A program made the position numbers and the translations under genes. The notes beneath the pieces are model-generated. The model saw only the letters and a list, made by a program, of their open reading frames with translations. It was not told the origin of the DNA and ran no database searches. 64,000 bases of DNA from Octopus sinensis (taxonomy: Eukaryota). Shown here piece by piece: positions 1 through 13,015 of this stretch (the first letter of the stretch is position 1; every line of letters starts with the position of its first letter). The stretch spans positions 28,284,464 to 28,348,463 of the forward strand of contig NC_043011.1 in NCBI RefSeq assembly GCF_006345805.1, read 5' to 3'.

Positions 1-480
1 GTGTTATTACACTGAGCGATACAATGTTCCTTCTGAACTTCTCTTGTAATTTTCACGTTAGAATCGTAGTAACAAAGACTTGAAACCTTTCCTCTTTGAG
101 CTCCAGGTTTTATATTTTTTGGTTTCTTTGTTTTCCATTGCACCTCAGTCTTGTTCTAACAGCTTCAGCTCCTCAATAGACAATTTTTTTATTACGGGAC
201 TTTAGCAAATCGAACATGTTCTCTTTTAAGACATCTTCAACCTTTGCAAATGTTGAAATGTTTTGCTGAATTTTATGCAGATATTGTGACGGCAGTAAGT
301 AACCCTGTAAATTAACGGAGAAACATTGATCAGGGCTATTTTCTCAAACACCATTCATAGCTGAGAGTTACACTTAATCCCACAATCTGATTATGCTAGC
401 CATGTCCATGAATCATAATTTTGAAATATTCCAAAAGTGTCTTACTGCTGACTTATTTTTCTTATCTATTGCTTTCATGC
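1..480 (-). pseudogene. Decayed coding-like relic of unknown origin (possibly transposon)
   Basis: Minus strand reads ...CFSVNLQGYLLPSQYLHKIQQNISTFAKVEDVLKENMFDLLKSRNKK, then after a frameshift in an A-run LSIEELKLLEQD*GAMENKETKKYKTWSS; several stops; no family recognised. Confidence 0.2.
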
Positions 481-543
481 GATGTTTTAAATATGTTGTC
501 TCTGATATTCATATAGTCAGAGAAAGTGTGTGTGTGTGTGTGT

Positions 544-591
<48 letters not shown>

Positions 592-1389
592 TGCGCCTGT
601 GCGCGCGCACATTTGCTTATACAAATCTGTCAATAAAATCTATTTCGCTGATACGAATTTATATTTTTCGCGTATTCATGTATCTACTTATATAAATATC
701 TATAGGGTGTATTTAAGTGTTAGATCTCAGAGTTTCACTCATGGGAGAACCTCATTACATTCTCTAATTTAGACTAATGACACAATTTCTCCGCATGGAT
801 ACTCACATGTAGAGAGAACCACTAAGTATCAACAGAAAGCTAATCACTCGATTAATAAACGCGGAAGTGTACATAAACACCCAGACACACATATACATGA
901 ATACACACACACACACATATATATATACACAAATATATGTCTACATATATATGTTCGTACATACATGTGTGTGTGTGTGTTTATGTTTGTAGTATGCATA
1001 TGACTTCAATTTGTATAGGTGAATTTAAAATTATCAAAAAGATGTATCTAAAATTTACGGTATAAATGAAATGCAGAATATTTACTACAAGTTATATCGC
1101 AAGTATTAAATGCTTCGGTGACTATCACGTCCTCAAGCACTGTTGAGCAAAAGTTAGTAACTCCCTTTCCCCACCACCACCACCTATTCCTCTCAATATA
1201 CATCCATTCTCGACATAAGTATTTGTTGGTGTATAAATCTATTATAAACAGATACAGAAATATGGCGGTCATTATATATATATATTGTTTGGCATCCTTT
1301 CTGTCTCGGGAGACAATGGAGCTGCGCATTTTTTTTTTTTTTTCTAGGTCTAGTCCGGCTGTTATATTTTATTTCCTGTTACATTTCTT

Positions 1390-1880
1390 GCTGTGGCTGT
1401 GTAGTCCTATCCTGGACAAACACTCCCTCTGGCATGTACATTCCAGGACACATGGTCCTGACATTCCAGCTTGCCAACTGCAGAACTGGTGTTTTCTTGA
1501 ATTTTAGTTGCTTGCCTGGTGCAGAGGTTGCAGGCCGCTTTTCGAGTCGTACTCTTAGCTCCAAGCACCCAATGGAACAGGCGGCTTGTGGCGGGTCAGC
1601 ACCTTATTAACTGGGGGCTGCCCAGCTTGAGGTGGGCAGTAGCTAACCAATAGGACACGGAAGTCCCTCCCACCGCAGAGGTAACCCGTAGCGTCCATAT
1701 TTTACGCCAATCTGAATGGACTTATCACTCGTAACTGTTACCTCTCCGTGTTGTTTCTGCAGCTTTTTACAGCAGCACTGAAGTGTCCTCTCCAGTTTTG
1801 CGCAGGCCTGGGCTATAGATAAGAAAGTCCTGGGTAGCCCAATCGTCAGGTTTCCTCTCTCGACCTTGCTGATGTAGTCC

Positions 1881-1885
<5 letters not shown>
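1390..1885 (-). mobile_element. RTE-clade LINE 5' fragment (start of apurinic endonuclease)
   Basis: ORF 1379-1564 contains TPVLQLASWNVRTMCPG, matching the TWNVRT(M/L) N-terminal motif of RTE endonucleases; truncated after it. Confidence 0.7.
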
Positions 1886-1917
<32 letters not shown>

Positions 1918-1920
<3 letters not shown>

Positions 1921-2326
1921 AGTGGCTGTGTGGTAAGTAGCTTGCTAACCAGCCACATGGTTCCGGGTTCAGTCCCACTGCGTGGCATCTTGGGCAAGTG
2001 TCTTCTGCTATAGCCCCGGGCCGACCAATGCCTTGTGAGTGGATTTGGTAGACAGAAACTGAAAGAAGCCTGTCGTATATATGTATATATATATAGGTGT
2101 GTGTGTATATGTTTGTGTGTCTGTGTTTGTCCCCCTAGCATTGCTTGACAACTGATGCTGGTGCGTTTACGTCCCCGTCACTTAGCGGTTCAGCAAAAGA
2201 GACCGATAGTATAAGTACTGGGCTTACAAAGAATAAGTCCCGGGGTCGATTTCCTCGACTAAAGGCGGTGCTCCAGCATGGCCGCAGCCAAATGACTGAA
2301 ACAAATAAAAGAGTAAAGAGTAAAGA

Positions 2327-2328
<2 letters not shown>
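1918..2328 (+). mobile_element. tRNA-derived SINE family A (bipartite, internal TA/TG microsatellite)
   Basis: Head AGGAGTGGCTGTGTGG (A box) and GGTTCAGTCC (B box), internal (TA)n(TG)n, tail ending (GTAAAGA)n; same sequence recurs at least 8 times in the window. Confidence 0.9.
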
Positions 2329-2414
<86 letters not shown>

Positions 2415-2445
2415 GTATATATATATGTGTATATATATGTATATA

Positions 2446-2490
<45 letters not shown>

Positions 2491-2540
2491 ACGTATGTAT
2501 GTACGTATGTATGTACGTATGTATGTACGTACGTATATAT
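2325..2540. repeat. (TA)n / (TATG)n microsatellite
   Basis: Direct reading. Confidence 0.95.
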
Positions 2541-3258
2541 CAGCCCTTTCACACTTCGTTCATTCCACTCTTCGTTCTTTCGTTCCTCCTCACATTTCCT
2601 GGCCTTCTCGTCATGCTCACTTACCCTCCTCTTTCACTTCACTGTGTCCCTTTCATTTTTTCTCGCCCCTCCTTAATTCTTCTATCCTTCTGCCTTTACC
2701 TGTCTCTCTTCTTTCCCCACGTGACCGGTATTCGGCCATGCCTGACCTTTCATTCTTGGTTCGACTACCATCCGGGCAACATCTATATTCCTCCCTGTGC
2801 CTGTTAAAACTTATGTCCCCGCCAGTTTAATTTAATTCGTCCTTAGTCGAAAGACACCTGTTGTTATGTCCTGTTAATTGCATTTGTATTTGTGTAACAT
2901 TTCTCTGTTTTGTTTCGTCCTTGCTCTCGTATACATTCACTGCTTTCTTCGAAAGAATCTAATGCTCTTAGCTTAGTTTTTCCTTGGAGCTAGCCAGATT
3001 GGAGCAATCTCGAGCATAGCCAGTCTAAATTGCAGAGATAATCTGCAACTCGACTGAGGATAAGAAACTCCGAATGACCCGTCCTTGTTTTCTTTGTATC
3101 TTCTGTCTCGATGCTTTGTTGCCCCTGTTTTGTATCACCTAACTAACTGGATGTTTTGCGTTCTTGTCCCATGTTTGTATTTTTACATATATATAAATAA
3201 ATATATATATGCACATATATATATATATACATACATATATATGCGCGTACACACACGT

Positions 3259-3346
<88 letters not shown>

Positions 3347-3348
<2 letters not shown>

Positions 3349-3781
3349 AACAAAGTCAAAATGCGATAAAATAAAATTAATTATTATCGCCGGTGATCTA
3401 GCACAGGCCATATATTATTCATATATAAGTACATTAAAAGGCGAAGTATGTACTAGATACACAGAAGCTTGATAAATTTAGTGAAATGAAAATAAAAACT
3501 TTTACTAACTCGGTTCATCTTATACTGCAGTTTCGTCTTTTTCAGCAATAAAAATAATTTATTTACTCAGGGAGATTCATCAGTAAGAGCCCTGTTATTC
3601 TGAAATCGCACCTCAATAGAAGCATGTGCGTCTACTAATTTGCTCTTTCTAACTAATCAGATCACTGCGCAGACGCAGAACGTCCCGACAAACTAGGGAT
3701 TTCTGGTATATAGTCTAACGCTCAAAATTTATCGAGAAATATGTAAACAAAGTCAAAATGCGATAAAATAAAATTAATTAT

Positions 3782-3784
<3 letters not shown>
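3347..3784 (-). mobile_element. PLE pLTR-like ~397-bp unit bounded by a 41-bp direct repeat
   Basis: TAAACAAAGTCAAAATGCGATAAAATAAAATTAATTATTAT at 3347-3387 and 3744-3784; contains an HHR. Confidence 0.6.
3518..3588 (-). ncRNA. Type I hammerhead ribozyme, 42-nt stem II
   Basis: Minus strand TCTTA-CTGATGA-[42 nt]-GAA-ACTGCAGT-A-TAAGA: 5-bp stem I, palindromic stem III, GUA cleavage triplet; first stem II pair mismatched. Confidence 0.7.
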
Positions 3785-3812
<28 letters not shown>

Positions 3813-4355
3813 GCCCTACTACAGAACATCAGGGATCTTCAAGGTACAGGCATGGAGAGGTTAACAGTATTTTATCTGCAATACCGGATGAACCCACATC
3901 ACGACAGTAGGTACAAAGAAGAGCGGAAACGTTCAACTCGCTATTTCACCAGAAGAAATCCTCGAATGCAGTAAAGGCAGTGCACCACCATGCCTCATCC
4001 TCCGGCTGAAATCCATAGAGGATAAAGGATAAAGTACATATATAACGACACTCCATGTTTGTTTTCATTCGGTTTTCGTTGATTGTCTCCACTTGTCTTG
4101 TTTCCGTTCCCAACTTTGACCCTCCATAAATTCTAAATTTTATTTTTTGAATTTATTGGAGCAACTGTCTTTGAAGACTCATATTGCCATTGATTGTTTG
4201 AAATGAGGAATAGATAGACAACCGGCGACTGATGAAGGATCGTTCTCTGTGTTTACTTGTCCTGTTTCCTTTTTTCTCTAGCTGTTTGCGTATTTAACTC
4301 GTTTATATCCGTATTTTATGTTGTTTCACAGCTGATGGCATCCTGTACCCCCCCA

Positions 4356-4387
<32 letters not shown>

Positions 4388-4389
<2 letters not shown>

Positions 4390-4472
4390 AAGGTGTTTAT
4401 AAGCCATTTAAAACACACAAAAACCGTTAGATTCACTTCAACATGTAAATTTAATTTGCCAAAATATTTTAT
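4388..4472 (+). mobile_element. Fragment of the repeat family that forms the 19122 hairpin
   Basis: GGAAGGTGTTTATAAGCCATTTAAAACACACAAAAACCGTT is nearly identical to 19135-19177. Confidence 0.7.
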
Positions 4473-4789
4473 CAGACCCCTGTGTGCGTGTGTGTGTGTG
4501 TAGTACAGTAAGTTTATACCTGTTTTAAATCATTGATTTGGAAAACAACTATATCTTGCTGAACATTATAAGTAGCTTAAATACATAATCTACAACTGGC
4601 AGCAGAACCTAAACCTATGCACTGCGATATTAATTCATCTAAGCAGGATATTTAAGCCATGAGAGTACACAACGTCACGTAAAGAAACATGGGGTATTTA
4701 CCACTGGATTTCGAGATGTTTCAGAGAATGTTAACCTCCGTAGGTTTTATTGAACTCATTGCATTTACACGTTCGGTTGATCCAATTTA

Positions 4790-4977
4790 TACGTAGGGGT
4801 GTTAAAAATTTCCTGACATGAAGGTATTGCGAAAGTCCTGGGTGGAAACCCAGTCTTCCGAATTCTTTTACACGGATTAGAAAACCTGAAGGACTGCTGC
4901 TATAAGTGTGTGAATTTTTAACAAAATCTTGTATCTTCATTTACTCAAAGCCAGCATGTTTTCAACACCCCCTCGTA
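4790..4977 (-). mobile_element. Tc1/mariner-type MITE (~190 bp)
   Basis: Imperfect TIRs TACGAGGGGGTGTTGAAAA / TTTTTAACACCCCTACGTA with TA ends; homologous to 42421-42631. Confidence 0.7.
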
Positions 4978-5229
4978 ATAGCTCTTGATATCACTCGTAG
5001 GTGGTAAATAAATATACCGAAAAAGTCCAAAAGAATGATGCAATAAATTTTTATCCCCGAAGAAATATTTTTCAGTAATAAAAATGTGAAAAATACATTC
5101 AGAGTGTAGTGCACTGATGGGGAAATATATCCTTAATCACTTAGATACATTCCATAATTTATATAGAAAACGGATGCGTCTGAACGTGGGTAGTACAATC
5201 TTAGAGCTTCTAAGGGAGCCATTTATCAG

Positions 5230-5302
5230 GAGAGTATGATGCCTCAACAGATAACAGTGACTCTGACAAATACCATCATGACATTTCACTTGAACAATAT
5301 GC
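5230..5302 (+). CDS. Candidate internal exon (unconfirmed)
   Basis: tttatcag|...|gtgagt; open frame (G)EYDASTDNSDSDKYHHDISLEQY(A); no homology recognised. Confidence 0.25.
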
Positions 5303-6299
5303 GTGAGTTTGTGTTTGCATTAGTTTTGTTTTTGTTTATTCTGGGCGTTTCTGTGTACATGTGCACATACGTTGCAAGTATTTGTGTGTAGATGTGGGGT
5401 GTCTGTTTGAATTTCTTTGCTTCATACGACTATGTTGTATATCATATGGCAGAGCAAATAATCGACTATGTACAAAAGTTGTGTATATTAATCGGCACTA
5501 TCAATGAAAAGTAATATCGTATCCAAAGGTCTCTACAATATTATGAAGTTAAACAATTCATATATCATAAGCGTGTGATGGTAACATTCCCACGAGCAAC
5601 AGACTTAAGTGGAAGAATTCTACTGCAAAACGATATTGACAAGAATGATATTGTATTGCATTTATACCAATATAATATACATACTCCTATACACATAAAC
5701 ACGTAATCGTTCACCGCCACCCACGCACTATTTATATATGTGTATATATATATGTGTGTGTGTGTGTGTGAGAGTTATTCATGTATTCCTTTATTGTTTT
5801 AGTGATTTCAGTCTGTTTGAACTGTGGTCTTCTTGGAGCACTCTCTATTGGGTTTCAGCTGATTTATCGATTTCTCATTATGAACTGGCTAAATCCCAAA
5901 TCCTCATTCGGCGTTGAGAAACGTAGCGTGCATGGAGTATTTGATACACATGTTTTCCGTTCTACATATACATGTGTATATGTTTTTTTTCTGGTGAAGA
6001 AAGAACCAATTATATATACATGTATATATGTTCTTCTGGTGAAGAAAGAACAAATTTTTATACATTGTCACAAGCCTGTTTTATTGGAATTTATACACCA
6101 ACACCAAGGCAATGCCGTCCGCATGCGCGCGCGAGCGTGTGTGTGTGTGTATGTGTGTGTGAGTGAGTGAATGGTGAATGTGTATGTATGCATTTTCGTC
6201 TTCGGTTTTATTTTTAGAATTACTCACCAACGGTGGAAGATTTTTCGAGCTCAAAAAGGGGACTCTCATTGGAATTCAAACATTCAAACTAGGCAGACT

Positions 6300-6415
6300 T
6301 ATATGTACGTATGTATGTATGTATGTATGTATGTATGTATGTATGTATGTATGTATGTATGTATGTATGTATGTATGTATGTATGTACGTACGTATGTAT
6401 GCATGTATGTATGTG
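6300..6415. repeat. (TATG)n microsatellite
   Basis: Direct reading. Confidence 0.95.
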
Positions 6416-6639
6416 TGTATTTGTACGTATATATGTATATGTACACGGGCATGGATGGATGTATATATATTTGTATACGCCTGTACGCATGTGCACACGT
6501 ATGCACATACATATGTATGCGCACATCTAGACAGAGAAGAGGCGTAGATTGTTTGCGTATATGGATCTGATGTCATGCTGAATTTCATGAATGTTTACAT
6601 ATTTTGATAGAACGCTTATAGAACATGCCTCATCGGAAT

Positions 6640-8335
6640 ACTGAATCTATTCTGATTAGGCATGTTCTATCTAGTTATGCGTTTCCCAGCTTCTCAAGAT
6701 TGGTCCAGAGTCAGTTAATCACATAGCCATAGTACTCCGTAGAAATTAAACATTGTAGCCTGGTTGGAGTAACAGCATATTTGTCACCTGTTTGGTATAA
6801 TCGTTGTTACTTCCACTGGCCTTTAAGGTAGTGTTGAAACCTGTTGGGCAACTGATTACAACAACTGTGTATACTTTCTTTTCTCTATCCTAGATTACTA
6901 TGTCAAGTCTGTTGTTTTCATAGGTTGTTGAAACTTTGACGTGGATGATCTACCCACATTCTTTCCAATTGCGCACGAATATACGGATAGATAGCTGTAG
7001 TTTCTTATATTCGTCTCCTCAAAATTATTCTCACTACGGATTGTTTTATATAAGATTCAAGCCACGAAATAGGCAGTTAACATTGTGAGGATATTTTCAG
7101 GTAACTACTTAATTATGTTCAATGCTGGTTTCAAATTCGTGTAGTTATTTATCCTTAATGTAAGTTTCGAATTTGGCACAAGGACATGATTTTGAAGGTA
7201 GGGTAAGTCGATTGAATCGACCGCAGTTCTAACGGGATTGAAGACAAAGTCAACCTCGGCCGAATTTGAAATTAGAGCGGACGAAGTACCGCAAAGCATT
7301 TTGCCCTGTGTGTTAACGACTCTGCCAGTTCGTCGCCTTACGTCATGTCCTTAATATTAATTACATAAAGCCTCTATCGGTTTTTAAATCTACTTGAATT
7401 ATCTGCATCCATCTGTCTTGTGTACCTGGTATTCTGTGGTTATTTCCTTAAAACCATGAGCAAATATCTTGACTGCTAGTCGAGGATAGACTACTCTGGT
7501 TATCAATGTTGCCCCCACATTTCAAGCTTCAACAAATATAGTCATGCTTTACCTTTTGCTGGTGCATTTGCAACCTATGTTCTGATGTTCTATTTGAGTA
7601 GAGGTATGCTAAGTCATTGGTTTATATCTCGTGTTATCGGCCTCATGTAGGTAGACTCGATCCATGACAAGACTAACGCGCTTGGTGGTATGTAGATGTT
7701 CTTCAAAGGAGATGATGCAGCTTTCAAAAGCAGTTTGGATCGAGCTTCTGTCGCCTTGTTTTCGTTTTAAGTGTAGACAGTTTACATCAATGTTGATATC
7801 AACATTTCTTGTAAGGGATAATAATCTTCAGGTTTTAACATCAAGAGACCAGATTTCATCTAACATCCAATCAAAGAGTCCAAATGTTGGTTTTAACGCT
7901 GGTACGGAAACCACATTGAGATCCGTCAGGCTATGGCATTATGAAAGTTAAAAGGAACATACTTTCTTTATTCTGATTTTGCTATCCCGGTTTTCATTCT
8001 CCTAATAACATGTTCCATCATACGGAATATTTTCATCTACACATAGGTGGCATTTACATTTTCATCAGACATCGGAGAAAAAATTAGGTGTCATTAAGAG
8101 AAATAATACGAAATGAACTTGAAGTTATTCCCCGATTTACAACCACATGAGTCCTAGGAAAACTTCATACTACGAGCATCTGTATATCCATAACTGGACC
8201 AAAGCTTCTCCCCTTCATACTACTCATATTCCTAGCATACACATTCAGATCATCTACAAAAAGAAGCAGCCAACACATTTTGCAGAAGTTTCATATATTC
8301 TTAATAACATTCTGATCCACCTGCATCTAATCAGT
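6640..8335 (-). mobile_element. Degraded R4/Dong-type non-LTR retrotransposon (RT plus restriction-like endonuclease)
   Basis: Minus-strand pieces in the expected order: LLFVDDLNVYA (RT, ~8230-8270); PTFGLFDWMLDEIWSLDVKT*RLL...CLHLKRKQGDRSSIQTAFE (~7720-7910); HQQKVKHDYIC; NNRLDIVI*DREKKVYTVVVISCP (RLE, ~6850-6930); GYVIN*LWTNLEKLG; many stops. Confidence 0.75.
7161..7340 (-). mobile_element. tRNA-derived SINE family B (degenerate), inserted in the LINE relic
   Basis: Reverse complement of head GGCGACGAACTGGCAGA...TTCAAATTCGGCCGAGGTTGACTTTG; homologous to 25273-25511. Confidence 0.75.
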
Positions 8336-8415
8336 CACTGACAGAGGATAAGATGGAGACACAAACACACAAATGCTCACGCACGCACACACGCACACAC
8401 ACGCACACGCACACG

Positions 8416-8469
<54 letters not shown>

Positions 8470-8470
8470 C

Positions 8471-8540
<70 letters not shown>

Positions 8541-8811
8541 ATAGCACCTGGACTGAATATTTTATCTTTCCTTCAATATATATGATAAATAGATCAAGAG
8601 CTGTGAGTTTTTGTTACAGCTGAAAATTAAAGCACTAGCACCAGTATGGCATGCAGAATCTATTACAAGATATCAGTGCATTGAGCGTTCGAGTATCTGC
8701 GCTCTTTACTATTTTGTATATTTTCAAAACACTATCGACTGTATTAACATCAAATGAAACGTCTCGGTTCGAAACATTTATTTGTTTTAACCTTCGCTTC
8801 TATGTGTAATT

Positions 8812-9131
8812 GTGGAGGCGCAATGGCCCAGTGGTTAGGGCAGCGGACACGCGGTCGGAGGATCGCGGTTTCGATTCTCAGACTGGGCGTTGTGTGTGTT
8901 TATTGAGCGAAAACACCTAAAAGCTCCACGCTGCTCCGACAGGGTTGGGTGGGTGACCCCTGTTGTACTCTTTCACCACAACTTTCTCTCAATATCTCTT
9001 CCTGTTTCTTGGGTAACGCTGCGATGAACTGGCGTCCCGTCCAGGTGGGAGGGACACATACGCCACAGAAACCGGGAAAGCGGGCCCATGAGCCTGGCTA
9101 GGCTTGAAAAGGGTGACGTCTATCGTTTTTA
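8812..9131 (+). mobile_element. tRNA-derived SINE family C with 13-bp target-site duplication
   Basis: A box TGGCCCAGTGG, B box GGTTTCGATTC; TCTATGTGTAATT at 8799-8811 and 9132-9144. Confidence 0.9.
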
Positions 9132-10064
9132 TCTATGTGTAATTATTGATAATGCATATTTATAATATGTTTTTCATAGCTTGAATATCGTTACACACCG
9201 CAGGCTTCCCATTTTGCATAGCATAAAATAATACATCATGATTTTATACGTGTATGTTTCTATGTGCATCTGTTTATACTCATATATGTGCATAAGTGAA
9301 TGTATATATTTGTATATATGCACTTGTGAGTTTTTATATACTTGCTAATGTGCATGTGCGAGTCTGTATGTATTTGTATGTGTGTATCTGGTGTTTCCAA
9401 AGAACACCACATTACAACAATTTTAGCAGTTCGTCGTCACAATTTTTCGACGGATTCTAAGTAATTCACTTTTTTATTGGCCATTTCAAATGCGCGCAAA
9501 TATTGACTATCCACCAATCTCTTATCTATGAGAAAGCTTCACTTAATTTCTATTCTATTTGTGTGGTTTAAGTTTCATTATGCGGTATTTTATGTGTTTT
9601 TTCTTTCTTTCGAAATCTATAGTAATTTTGCAGTTGTGCCTGGAGCCAGATGACGTCAGTTTTCAGTCGATTTAATTCAGATGATAGATACGTATTCTAC
9701 ATGGCAGCAACTGAATCGTTGCCACTGCTCCAGCGCTTGTCTCTACAGCTGCAATTTAATATTTGCTCTATTAATGCAACTTTCAATACAATTTTTGCTG
9801 CTTACTAGAATATATTTTATATAGTCATATTTCAAAACCTCGCATCGCGTAGGCATCTATTGCACCAACACCAAATATGGTCTTCATCTGTAATATATAT
9901 TACTAGTAATATATAAACCTGAATATTTGAAGATAAATGTAATCAAATTATTATTAAGTCACTTCTCAAAAACAAAAGAACAGAAAGAAAGCATATGAGA
10001 TTATTCTTTCATCTTGCGTGATAACACAGTACATTTATGCATCAAGGCACATAACTAATTAGTA

Positions 10065-10366
<302 letters not shown>

Positions 10367-11703
10367 TTCAACCCACATCCCACGTCTTTTTCCGAATCAA
10401 AGAACTTCAATAACAACATAAGCTGTTATAAACTAAATTTACGAGTCAACAAGGGAGTCATTACGACGCTTTTGCACGACCTGTAGCCGGTAGCCGTTTA
10501 ATCTTCCAGATTTCACACCACCACTGCTTTAAACAATATATTAACAATGTAGTCCATCGTATACATGAAGTATGGATGATCAGATCTTTGATCATAGTTC
10601 TCAATTAGAGCCGATGTGCTACTAAACAACAATGGCAACTACTCTGATAATCAAATGAACTCTCATAAAGCTGCTGAAACCGATTGAAAGTGATATTTAA
10701 ATGTCGTGTGTATAGCGTCAACAGTGATAACAACTAATGTATAGATGTGTATTGTAAAAACTAAAATTCGGTCAAGCTATGTAGATAGAATGCATTAAGA
10801 GTTGTCTTTGTCACATCTAAATAATCGAACTCGAAATAAAATTTCTACTCACGCTAAAGATTATACAAAACATCAGACAACGAAATAGAGAGAAAATATC
10901 AATACAGCATTTACATCCAATCCTACTTTTTTTCTGGCAGGAAGCCACATAAAGTAAGAAATCCATTCAATTTATTAATGTTGCGATATAGAGTACATGG
11001 ACGACACACTTACAAATCTCAGCAAACAAGTGACAAGCATCTTTTTGAAGATAAACTTTATCGCCTGCGACACGTCCAGCACAATATCAAGATTTATACT
11101 TTTCATAGCTTATAAGAACTGGCAGGATCATAAGATCGTAAGTCAAAAGACATACCGACGTTTCTTAATGCTCTCAACTTTCTGAGCTCAAAAACCGCCG
11201 ACGTCAATTTTTGCCCATTTTAAAAAATTCTTTCGAAGATCGATAAAAGTAAAATAAAGTATCTTGTCGCGTACTAGAGTACAGAAATCAACAGCTCTCC
11301 TGTCCAACATCTCTAGCTTGGTTCCTTTTATTAGAAACGATTATTGAATGTTTCTAAATTAAATGTAAAGCTACAGATTAGTGAAGAGAGGTGTGATGTC
11401 TTTTAAGGACATCGGTACAAGACTGTTATTTTTTTTTAAATCGAACTCAAAAGGAGGGAAGGGAGAAAGTAATAAGGGAGGGAGGGGAGAGGGAAGAAAG
11501 GAAGGAAGGAAAGAAGGAAGGACGGAAGGAAAAAGTAAAGAAGGAGGAACGAAGGGACGGGAGGGAGAGATGAAATCCAGTGAGATGCGAAACCAGAATA
11601 TATATATATATAGATGTATCTAAATGCCGTAAGGTACTTTGGATTAAATAATCGACAGAATTTAATATGCAGTATCTTAGAAATAAAGAAATAATATTGC
11701 TAA

Positions 11704-12097
11704 TCTTTATATATAAAAGTAAGGTTGTGTGTCTGTCTACTCCGATTTAGATTCCTGACTACTCCCACATTTTGCGGTGCAGTTTAACCAAAAGTGGGTA
11801 TCTTATAGTCGTGATTCATATCGAGCCCTTCTGGGTATTAGCGCGCGTCTACGATGAGTCTACGATTTTAAAAATAATTTATCATAATTTTTTTCCATTT
11901 TAATGCATATTTTTTTAAATATAAGGGAAGTAACTCTCTAAAAATGTCTACGATGAGTCAACGATTTAAAAAAAATTTACCATCATATTTTTTCCATTTT
12001 TAATGCATTTTTTTGCTATTTTTTGGCTATAACTCTCTAAAAAGGCTTTATAGTTATTTCCCTTACAAACCCGAGCAACGCCAGGCGATACTGCTAG
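11704..12097 (+). mobile_element. Non-autonomous Helitron
   Basis: 5' TC, 3' GC-rich hairpin CCCGAGCAACGCCAGGCG then CTAG, inserted between A and T; internal ~95-bp duplication. Confidence 0.8.
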
Positions 12098-12704
12098 TAT
12101 AAATATAAAGCTAGAAGTTTAGAGAAGAGGAAAAATCGATGGAACCAGCCTCAGTAATTGGCTGGTATTTGTGTCTTATTTCCACAGACCTAATCCAGAA
12201 GGAGGAATGACAAAGTCCACCTCAGTGGGATTTGAACTGAGAACTAAAACACTAATGAATATCGCCACATGACATGATCAAAACGGGTAAAATGTTTAGA
12301 CAGTAATATTTCTGAGTGGAGGTCTTGTGATATTTATCAGATTGCTACATCAACTGTTTATGATAATATGAAGTAAACTATAAGATTATTGATATTATTA
12401 TTAAGGCAATGATTCCAAGAAGTAAATGAATATTAAATAAATTCGATATATCGTAAGTGTCGTGAGTATTATAGAGTTTTAATAATGGATTGGTCTCCTT
12501 GGACATGAAACAGTCTTTGTACCATACACAGCGTAACGTAGCATACCCGCGTGGTCATAAGGGAAGATAACTTCCACGGTTAAAGAGACGTCACGAAACT
12601 TCCATGCATAGAGTACGAGGAGAAGAGTCAAACATTTGTATGAATTTGCTGAACTCATTGTTAGTAGGTGCCCGAATACGTAGCAAGATTATAATATGTT
12701 ATTG

Positions 12705-13015
12705 CTGTTGTTGTTTGTTACTTCTCTAGCCATGACTGGCTCATAAGAGCCAGTTTCTTGGTTTCAGTGACGTATAGGTTGCCCACTTGGACGGGACGCC
12801 GGTCCGTCGTAGGTGAAATGCTAGATGCAGGAGGAAAGAGTGAGAGAAAGTTGTGGCGAAAGAGTCAGCAGAGGTTCGCCGTTACCCTCCGCCGGAGCCG
12901 CATGGATCTTAGGTGTTTTGCTCATAAACATACACATTGTCCGGTCTGCGATTCGAACCTGCGATCCCTCGACCGCGAGCCCGCTGCTCTAATCACTGCG
13001 CCATGTGCCTCCACA
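12705..13015 (-). mobile_element. SINE family C
   Basis: Reverse complement of the GTGGAGGCACATGGCGCAGTG head; homologous to 8812 and 60113. Confidence 0.85.

Noticed and set aside
2545-3190. Possible PLE 3' region with CTGAGGA/CTAAGGA motifs
   Set aside because: No complete ribozyme fold or coding motif found; left unannotated
4225-4270. CTGATGA motifs at ~4229 (+) and ~20690 (-), and a similar core near 35300 (-)
   Set aside because: Could not build GAAA, stem III and stem I; at best eroded pLTRs
7895-7930. SQCGFR, an RTE RT motif, on the minus strand
   Set aside because: Another frame gives a much longer R4/Dong-like match, so this is coincidental
8812-8885. tRNA gene call for SINE heads (also 1918, 25440, 60113)
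   Set aside because: A and B boxes are present, but each continues into a shared SINE body, one with a TSD, and no proper acceptor stem is evident
11010-11190. Strong minus-strand donor (ttt|gtaagt) suggesting an exon
   Set aside because: All upstream frames from plausible acceptors contain stops
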